Positions 27,451 to 33,084 of a stretch of DNA of 33,084 nt are shown here, in pieces. Positions within the stretch are counted from its first letter, which is position 1; each line of letters opens with the position of its first letter. This stretch comes from Microcystaceae cyanobacterium (GTDB lineage Bacteria; Cyanobacteriota; Cyanobacteriia; Cyanobacteriales; Microcystaceae). Where the stretch lies: assembly GCA_041746575.1 (NCBI GenBank), contig JBGTGT010000005.1, positions 1 to 33,084 of the forward strand, in the 5' to 3' direction. The translations under genes and the position numbers were made by a program. Below the pieces are notes generated by a model. The model worked only from the letters and a program-made list of their open reading frames with translations, was not told where the DNA came from and ran no database searches.

Positions 27451-27822
27451 ATGACCTATCCCCTTAATACTCTACGGCGTGCCGAACGGGCTTTAAGATG
27501 TTCTCCCTTTAAACGGGCGTTATGGGTTGATCTTAAAGATCATAGCGTTCCTTTGCCTCAAATTGCCGGTCAAAATGGACTTAAACAAGGCTATCTTAGT
27601 AAAATTCTCTCAGAAAATCAAGTTGAACGAGAACTTTTATGGTTAATTAAAGTCGGATTATTAAGGCGAGAAGTCGACGGACAAGGGATTACTGATAGTT
27701 TTCGACTTACCCCCTTAGGACGTCAAATATTAGACAACTATGAATCGAAAGACGATGAAATTCTATTTCCAACGATATTGGCTAGATTTCAGAATTTTCT
27801 AAGGCGTTTAGGCTCATTTTAA
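27451..27822 (+). CDS. Npun_F0494-family (winged-helix-like) cyanobacterial protein
   Basis: RAERALRCSPF...ELLWLIKVGLLRREVDGQGITDSFRLTPLGRQ. The start is ATG 27451 or 27418. Confidence 0.75.
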   Translation: MTYPLNTLRRAERALRCSPFKRALWVDLKDHSVPLPQIAGQNGLKQGYLSKILSENQVERELLWLIKVGLLRREVDGQGITDSFRLTPLGRQILDNYESKDDEILFPTILARFQNFLRRLGSF

Positions 27823-27898
27823 TTTTTGAAAGAGCGCGTGTCATCAAATAATTTTGTTTTACAATGAAACGAAGTCCACTGAATGAAGCTGTACTAAA

Positions 27899-28405
27899 AT
27901 GACTTATCTTTGCGATCTCGGAAAAGGACAAAAAATATATTTCGATAACCTAGGTAACCAAACGGCGATAACCTTAGTCAGTCAAAGCAGAGGACAGCAA
28001 CAACAGTCCAGCAGTCAATTTACGACCGGAATCTGGTCTTCTCCCCCACAAATCTATTCTACAGGGGACGGTATGGTGATTAAAATTATGACTTCCCAAG
28101 GAGAACACCATTTTATCTTGCAAGGATCTCAAATGAGTATCGCTAGTGGTTCAATGAATCTAAGTAACAGGGCATCATTACCACTCCAACAAACGTCCTC
28201 CAGCGAAATTCAACCCCTAGAACCAATGCAACCCCTGCAACCGATGAACATGGGCAATATGCAGATGAAAATGGGTAATATGGCAATGAACATGGACGCT
28301 TCACCGGCTTCCCAGCGACGCTTTTGTACACAATGTGGTTCTCCGGTTAAACCAGAAGATCGTTTTTGTGCCAGTTGCGGTCATCCGTTGTCAGGACAAC
28401 CTTAA
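27899..28405 (+). CDS. Zinc-ribbon domain protein with Met/Gln-rich linker
   Basis: C-terminal CTQCG...DRFCASCG and the low-complexity tract PLEPMQPLQPMNMGNMQMKMGNMAMNM. Confidence 0.8.
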   Translation: MTYLCDLGKGQKIYFDNLGNQTAITLVSQSRGQQQQSSSQFTTGIWSSPPQIYSTGDGMVIKIMTSQGEHHFILQGSQMSIASGSMNLSNRASLPLQQTSSSEIQPLEPMQPLQPMNMGNMQMKMGNMAMNMDASPASQRRFCTQCGSPVKPEDRFCASCGHPLSGQP

Positions 28406-28419
28406 AGCTTAAAAAAAGT

Positions 28420-28650
28420 TTAAGTGAAAGCAGGGGCTAACCCTTTCGATTGATCATCAATTTCCACCAGTTTAAATCCCATTTGACATTCGTATAATGT
28501 CGGTCTTGACCCTTCAGCAGCATGGATGGTTCGCCCACAACTCAGATGACCTTGATACCAACGAGGTCGACCTTGACGGGTGGCTAATAAACACCCAGAA
28601 CAAACTTTCTGAGGAGAGAGAACATTTTCTGCCGTTAGAATCACTAACAT
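28420..28650 (-). CDS. Small Cys-containing conserved cyanobacterial protein
   Basis: MLVIL...VCSGCLLA...PRW..G.L.CG...YECQMGF. RBS GGAGG. Confidence 0.7.
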   Translation of the reverse strand: MLVILTAENVLSPQKVCSGCLLATRQGRPRWYQGHLSCGRTIHAAEGSRPTLYECQMGFKLVEIDDQSKGLAPAFT

Positions 28651-28880
28651 AGATTCCTCCCGTTGATCCTCTAATGAATTGTTTCTATTGTAGTCTCAAT
28701 TTTTGAGAAAAATGCTAAATTCGCTACATAGCTTAACAGACTTTCAATGGAATTTAAAGATTCAGATCAAGAAAATCAAGAGGCAAAAAGCAAGAGAAAG
28801 AGATGTTTTCTTAATGGCAATTAATTTTATTCTCATTCAGGTCAACAGTTTAGTTTTTCGTGCAAACCCTTGCAATGATT

Positions 28881-30041
28881 TCAACTTAAACCCGTGACGG
28901 GAAAATGGCGTAATTGATGGGTTTCAACGCCAATATTAACGGCTGTCTCGTAGGTATCCACCACATGATTTGGCATAAAATCGCCTCCTTGGGATAAAAA
29001 TGACCATTCTTGACCCACATGAACGTAAATTCCCCTTAGTTTCGTTGGAGGTAACAGGGTAATCGCATCTGCTAGGTTAACCACTCGATAGCTATTAGGG
29101 ACGGTTTGCGAATGCAGCTGGGCAAATGTAACATCGCCAATCCGAGGACTGGCATAGGTGTAGAGACGAATTTGGGAAGCTAGTTGGGGGACATTGAGGG
29201 CAATGTCTAAGGCCGCTAAAATGGCCAGCGAAGATCCTAAACTATGGCCAGTAATATAAAAAGGAATATTAGGATTAAGAGTCTTAGCAACATCACGAGG
29301 AATTGGAGCAATGATTCTTTTGTAATTAGACAGAAATCCTTCGTGAATTTTGCCAAAATACTTTCCTGAAACGGGATCAGTATAGTCCGTTTGAATAGCC
29401 GTTAAGTTATTGAGCCACTCAATACTGGTTTGTGTTCCCCGAAAAACCATAATATTTTCCGTCGGCGAGGATAAAACAAAGCCATAATAGACAGGTATCT
29501 CTTTTTTGAGCTTAACTACCATTTTAATGGCATCATCTATCTGATTTTCCGCTTTACCTAAGTTTTGCTCAACAGGGTCGATCGCATCTTTTTGAGCTGT
29601 GGTGGGCATTTCCACTTCAACGGGTTGGGTAATTTGAGCTTCTTTGCCTCGAAAAGCGGCAATTTGTTGATACTGCTTTAGATTAGGGTCATAGGCGGGT
29701 AAGGTTTCAATTCTGCCGTCATAGGTGGGAATCGTTTTTCCCGTTAAATATTGTTGCGTGGCAATTTTACTACAGCGAATTAGACGTTTAGAAACGTTTG
29801 AATTATAAGGAATGTGGGGATGAGATAACTTAAGGGAGCGAATAATAGATTCTCCTTCATAAATCTTTTCTGCATCCGCTTCAAAAGCCGCTTTTAACAA
29901 ATTTTGGGGATTTTGGGGTTCTTGTTGTTCAGCCAATTCGATCAATTGTTTTTTTTCTTGCCGTACTTCATATTCAGATCCTACGGTCGCTACAATGCCT
30001 GTACCCACGCATCCTAAGAGAATTTGGCGACGTTTCATCAT
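28881..30041 (-). CDS. Class 3 lipase family protein with putative Tat/N-terminal anchor
   Basis: VFRGT..EW, IHEGF, nucleophile elbow ITGHSLG, YASPRIGD, RVVN..D and a C-terminal His (PNH). The N-terminus is MMKRRQILLGCVG. Confidence 0.88.
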   Translation of the reverse strand: MMKRRQILLGCVGTGIVATVGSEYEVRQEKKQLIELAEQQEPQNPQNLLKAAFEADAEKIYEGESIIRSLKLSHPHIPYNSNVSKRLIRCSKIATQQYLTGKTIPTYDGRIETLPAYDPNLKQYQQIAAFRGKEAQITQPVEVEMPTTAQKDAIDPVEQNLGKAENQIDDAIKMVVKLKKEIPVYYGFVLSSPTENIMVFRGTQTSIEWLNNLTAIQTDYTDPVSGKYFGKIHEGFLSNYKRIIAPIPRDVAKTLNPNIPFYITGHSLGSSLAILAALDIALNVPQLASQIRLYTYASPRIGDVTFAQLHSQTVPNSYRVVNLADAITLLPPTKLRGIYVHVGQEWSFLSQGGDFMPNHVVDTYETAVNIGVETHQLRHFPVTGLS

Positions 30042-30472
30042 GATGACTTTATTTCCTCAGAAAGGGCTTCAATTCGTCCAACTTGATAAAAATGATGGGT
30101 GGCCTGTCCGACAATCCAGACAAGCGTAAAAAAGGCAGCTGCTACGGCAAAACCTTTTAAATAAGGCACATAAATTCCGATGGCAAAAAGGGTAAACCAT
30201 GCCATCAACGCCATCGTAACGCCGCCAATCCAACCGGCCACATAACCGGCGATCGCCAACCCGTCTTGTCCATCGGGAAATTGCCAAATTGCCCCTAAAT
30301 CCCACATCATTTTTAAAACCAAAGCGATCGCTACCAGAAATTTTAGAGTTAAAATGCCCCCAATGGGAATTAAGCCCAAAATTGACGTACCAAGAGCATA
30401 ATCCAGCACCAATTGACGGGATCTTTTGCCTTTCTGAAGAATTTTTTGGAAGGCTTCTTGCTCTAAGGACAT
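30038..30472 (-). CDS. Small multi-TM protein (DUF697-like), translationally coupled to the lipase
   Basis: YALGTSILGLIPI...KMMWDLGAIW with 3-4 hydrophobic segments. Its stop overlaps the lipase start (ATGA). Confidence 0.65.
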   Translation of the reverse strand: MSLEQEAFQKILQKGKRSRQLVLDYALGTSILGLIPIGGILTLKFLVAIALVLKMMWDLGAIWQFPDGQDGLAIAGYVAGWIGGVTMALMAWFTLFAIGIYVPYLKGFAVAAAFFTLVWIVGQATHHFYQVGRIEALSEEIKSS

Positions 30473-30507
30473 CGGAAGTGATTAATATTGATGATTAACA
30501 CTTTATC

Positions 30508-31170
30508 TCAAGGGTTAACACTTTCGCCAAATAAAATTCGACCGAGACGAATCATTGTTGAGCCGGCTTGAATGGCAAGGGGATAATCTCCCGACATTCC
30601 CATCGAGAGTTCTGTCAAAGATAAAGTAGATTGATCGTTAATTTTGGTTTTTAAGGCTTGAATCGTTTTAAATGCGTTGAAGGTCTCTTCTTGGCTTAAA
30701 CTGAGCGGTAAAATTGTCATTAATCCTGCGGTTTTAAGCGATTTTAACCGTTCTAATTCGGGTACATCTTGCCATAATTCGTCTATCGTCCAACCATATT
30801 TATTGTCATCTTTTAGGGGTTTTACCTGTAAACATATTTTAGGAGAAATATTGGAATTTTCGGCTAAAATCGCTAATTTTTGCGCTAATTTTAGACTGTC
30901 CACTGAATGAATCCAAGGGAAGTTTTCTAAAGCCTTTTTCGCCTTATTTGTCTGTAGATGACCAATAAAATGCCAGCAGATGTCTGATAAATCCTTTAGC
31001 TGTTCTTGCTTTTCTAGAGCTTCTTGCAAGCGATTTTCAGCCAAATCTCTGATACCCATCTCATAAGCTTGACGGATAGAGGCGGGAGAAACTTGCTTTG
31101 TCACCGCGATTAATCGCACGTTAGGGGGGATTTCTGTTTTAATCTGTTGAATCTGTTGAGAAATGGTCAT
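30508..31170 (-). CDS. pipY: PLP homeostasis protein (YggS/PipY family)
   Basis: LIAVTK (PLP lysine), ENRLQE, WHFIGHLQTNK, HSVDS, GLMTI, LSMGMSGDY and GSTMIRLG. Confidence 0.93.
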   Translation of the reverse strand: MTISQQIQQIKTEIPPNVRLIAVTKQVSPASIRQAYEMGIRDLAENRLQEALEKQEQLKDLSDICWHFIGHLQTNKAKKALENFPWIHSVDSLKLAQKLAILAENSNISPKICLQVKPLKDDNKYGWTIDELWQDVPELERLKSLKTAGLMTILPLSLSQEETFNAFKTIQALKTKINDQSTLSLTELSMGMSGDYPLAIQAGSTMIRLGRILFGESVNP

Positions 31171-31240
31171 GAATCTAATCAGGCAAAAGACGGCTTGAAT
31201 CGGCTGAGATTAAGCTATAATGTTATCTTAGAGAAAAATT

Positions 31241-31314
31241 GGACACGTAGCTCAGTTGGATAGAGCATCAGGTTCCGGTCCTGAGTGTCGGGGGTTCGAA
31301 TCCCTCCGTGTTCG
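31241..31314 (+). tRNA. trnR: tRNA-Arg (anticodon CCG)
   Basis: Acceptor stem GGACACG/CGTGTTC, D arm GCTCAGTTGGATAGAGC, anticodon arm TCAGG-TTCCGGT-CCTGA and T arm GGGGG-TTCGAAT-CCCTC. CCA is not encoded. TATAAT lies at 31216-31221. Confidence 0.97.
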
Positions 31315-31360
31315 TTGGTTATGAAACGTCATGCTTTGAGACTCCCTAACATGACAAAAG

Positions 31361-31453
31361 AGGGTTAGTCAATCAGTCAAACTCTTGCGCTTTGCCTTGG
31401 TTCAACCGATCAAAAGGAAGCTGAAGCTTAAGTGTCAAAGTTAAAATAGCCAT
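31361..31453 (-). pseudogene. Possible decayed N-terminal fragment of a TnpB-family gene
   Basis: Manual translation gives MAILTLTLKLQLPFDRLNQGKAQEFD*LTNP. From memory it resembles a TnpB N-terminus of the form TLTLKLPF.RLNQ.KA.EF.RLT. It has an in-frame TGA and a 6-bp near-duplication (AAGCTT CAGCTT). Confidence 0.4.
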
Positions 31454-31505
31454 ATCGTTGTCTTAACGTATATCCTGCGTAGTAAGTAGTGCAAGATTAT
31501 TTTAA

Positions 31506-31704
31506 CGTGAGTTCGACGAGGGCAATTATCTTAATCCTTTTGTTCATTCTAGTTTACTTGGGATTAGGAAAAGAAAAACAAATTCTTGATTGGGGGACTA
31601 GCCCCCCAAACCCCCCAACGGGGGACGGAGTGCCTCCCCCGCACCCCCTGCACAAAAAAATTAAATAAAGAAGTCTCGTAGATTTTTTGATGGTCGAACT
31701 CACG
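31506..31704. mobile_element. 199-bp MITE with 12-bp terminal inverted repeats and a 9-bp target-site duplication
   Basis: TIRs CGTGAGTTCGAC (31506-31517) and GTCGAACTCACG (31693-31704). Identical flanks TTATTTTAA (31497-31505, 31705-31713). Internal GC-rich hairpins at about 31592-31648. No ORF. Confidence 0.88.
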
Positions 31705-31848
31705 TTATTTTAAGAGAAAATACAATGGCTTAAAATGCTTAGTCTCGCTCCACAGCCAGCTATTAAAATGGACGGGCTTTCTCTCACTTGACGGTTGCTT
31801 TTGGTAAAAACCGAACCAAGCATAGGTTGACAGACACTTCAATTAATT

Positions 31849-31888
31849 GTTACATTTATTTACAGATTGATTAACAAAATTTAACACT
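31849..31888 (+). promoter_or_regulatory. Tandem HLR1 (RpaB)-like direct repeats
   Basis: GTTACATT-ta-TTTACAGA (31849-31866) followed by TTAACAAA-at-TTAACACT (31871-31888), immediately upstream of the small TM gene. Confidence 0.6.
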
Positions 31889-31905
31889 ATAGCGGAGAAG
31901 ATACA

Positions 31906-32136
31906 ATGTTTGTTTTATTAATTGCATTATTGATTATTGGTTGGGCTGCGGCAGCCGTCATTGGGACTCAAGCTTACTTCCGAGGCGAGCAAAGTAAACC
32001 AATTCACGAAAGAAACTGGCGTTCTGCCTCTTTTGAGCAAGTGGCCAAATCTGTTACAGGTAAAGACAATAACAATGATCGCGTCCCTGGGTTTACGGTA
32101 GACGCCTACACCAGCCAAAATTTACCCAATAGCTAG
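31906..32136 (+). CDS. Small single-TM cyanobacterial protein (Psb35-related, tentative)
   Basis: N-terminal TM followed by GTQAYFRGEQSKPIHERNWRS.SFE. RBS GGAG. The family name is from memory. Confidence 0.7.
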   Translation: MFVLLIALLIIGWAAAAVIGTQAYFRGEQSKPIHERNWRSASFEQVAKSVTGKDNNNDRVPGFTVDAYTSQNLPNS

Positions 32137-32187
32137 GTATTGATTGATCACTGAGAATATTGTCGTCTGATTGCTAGAGAGGCGTTT

Positions 32188-32805
32188 TTACGTCTCTTTT
32201 CTCATATTTGAGAAATAAATCTTGGATTTAACTGGATCTGCACTCATCGTTTTATCTCCTTCCTGCCAACCGACGGGGCAAACTTCGTTGGGATGAGATT
32301 GAACGTGTTGAATCGCTTGTAGGGTACGCAATGTTTCGTCCACACTGCGACCAAAAGAGAGGTTATTGATAGTTTCGTGTTGAAGGATGCCTTCTTTATC
32401 TATAATAAATAAACCGCGTAACGCGACACCGGCCTCTGTATCAAGGACATTGTAGGCGGTGCTAATTTCTTTCTTGAGATCCGAGACGAGGGGGAAAGAG
32501 ACCTCCTCAATTCCTCCTTCCTTGCGATCAGTTTGAATCCATGCGAGGTGAGAAAACTCACTATCTACTGAAATCGCTAAAATTTCCGTATTTAACTGAT
32601 TGAATTCGAGGTAGCGATCGCTGAACGCATTAATTTCTGTCGGACAAACAAAAGTAAAATTCAAAGGATAGAAGAAGAGAATAACATATTTTCCCCGATA
32701 ATCGGAAAGTTTAATGGTTTTAAAGGCTTGATCACATACGGCTGTTGCCGTAAAATCTGGAGCGAGTTGACCCACTCTTAAACAGTCTTCACTGGGATTG
32801 GTCAT
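32188..32805 (-). CDS. 2-Cys peroxiredoxin (AhpC/TSA family)
   Basis: [14 protein letters not shown] (peroxidatic Cys), [21 protein letters not shown] (resolving Cys) and a C-terminal YF. The start is probably ATG 32805, after RBS GAGGAG. Confidence 0.92.
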   Translation of the reverse strand: MTNPSEDCLRVGQLAPDFTATAVCDQAFKTIKLSDYRGKYVILFFYPLNFTFVCPTEINAFSDRYLEFNQLNTEILAISVDSEFSHLAWIQTDRKEGGIEEVSFPLVSDLKKEISTAYNVLDTEAGVALRGLFIIDKEGILQHETINNLSFGRSVDETLRTLQAIQHVQSHPNEVCPVGWQEGDKTMSADPVKSKIYFSNMRKET

Positions 32806-32945
32806 GGTTATTTTCTCCTCAATCATAGATAATCCTATCATACATAAAGGTCTATTGAAATAATCGGTTATTCTTTAAGATTAGCATCCGATTTAAGGAT
32901 TAATTCTGTTTTGGGGATTAAGCGTTTTTGTTGCAATTCAGATAA

Positions 32946-33084
32946 TAAGTAGCTAGGCAGAATTAAATAGAAAACGTTCTGTAGTATGTTGCGATCGTTG
33001 TGCGCGAGTTTCTACACTCTCGATTACAGTGATCGCCAAATCATATTCGTCTTCAAAAATCCGACCAGCCAGTTCATGTGTTTT
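32946..33084 (-). mobile_element. End of an IS630-family element, truncated by the window end
   Basis: The transposase C-terminus runs into the terminal sequence TAAGTAGCTAGGC, with a TA dinucleotide at 32946-32947. IS630/Tc1 elements target TA. Confidence 0.7.
32953..33084 (-). CDS. IS630-family transposase, C-terminal fragment (partial)
   Basis: Manual translation gives KTHELAGRIFEDEYDLAITVIESVETRAQRSQHTTERFLFNSA*, resembling the cyanobacterial IS630 tail K.HE.AGR.FEDEYDLA...ERF.FNS. Not in the ORF track. Confidence 0.75.
   Translation of the reverse strand, partial: KTHELAGRIFEDEYDLAITVIESVETRAQRSQHTTERFLFNSA

Larger units (their letters stand above)
2342..32621. repeat. HIP1 octamer GCGATCGC, dispersed (at least 17 copies)
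   Basis: Seen at 2342, 2651, 3561, 4492, 6304, 6891, 9567, 13440, 15092, 16212, 16462, 20126, 24180, 25404, 30249, 30324 and 32614. Fewer than one copy is expected by chance at about 40% GC. Confidence 0.9.

Noticed and set aside
28703..28897. 64-aa plus-strand ORF in the intergenic region
   Set aside because: TTG start, no RBS, low-complexity AT-rich sequence, and it overlaps the lipase stop.
2503..32118. Short alternative-frame or antisense ORFs in the track (e.g. 2503-3063, 3447-3632, 3872-4060, 7576-7803, 8478-8690, 11394-11609, 12904-13164, 14309-14497, 14841-15038, 15984-16256, 19252-19530, 19576-19842, 21317-21630, 23614-23871, 24317-25203, 28143-28331, 30069-30910, 31927-32118)
   Set aside because: They overlap well-supported genes and have no recognisable motifs; they are shadow ORFs.
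1..33084. CRISPR array, prophage, or integrative element at tRNA-Arg
   Set aside because: No regularly spaced repeat-spacer array, no cas, phage or integrase genes, and no duplicated tRNA 3' end (att site) was seen.

Overview
Cyanobacterial chromosomal segment, probably a unicellular Chroococcales-type organism. This rests on at least 17 HIP1 GCGATCGC octamers and on ndhD2, kaiA, ccmK3/K4 and pipY. It is bounded on the left by the right end of an IS200/IS605 (tnpB) element and on the right by the end of an IS630 element. Housekeeping genes (ndhD2, TerC family, accD, murF, thiL, sugar ABC permease, 2-Cys peroxiredoxin, tRNA-Arg(CCG)) are interspersed with accessory loci. The best candidate for an undescribed system is a four-gene divergon at 9525-16033. 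Leftward it encodes a DUF4278 protein, a Spondin_N PEP-CTERM surface protein and an HTH-AAA_35 ATPase; rightward it encodes an AAA_35-TM-14xWD40 protein. Both divergent promoters carry the same 24-bp motif (21/24 identical) at the same 38-nt offset from a TATAA box, which suggests a STAND-ATPase-based trans-envelope signalling and transcription module. Other notable items are a CHAT(caspase-like)-NACHT-multi-TM protein, a canonical kaiA with no adjacent kaiBC, pipY without pipX/sepF, a 199-bp MITE with a perfect 9-bp target duplication beside a probable decayed tnpB fragment at the tRNA, and HLR1 (RpaB)-like boxes. All family assignments come from motif recognition by eye; no database searches were run.
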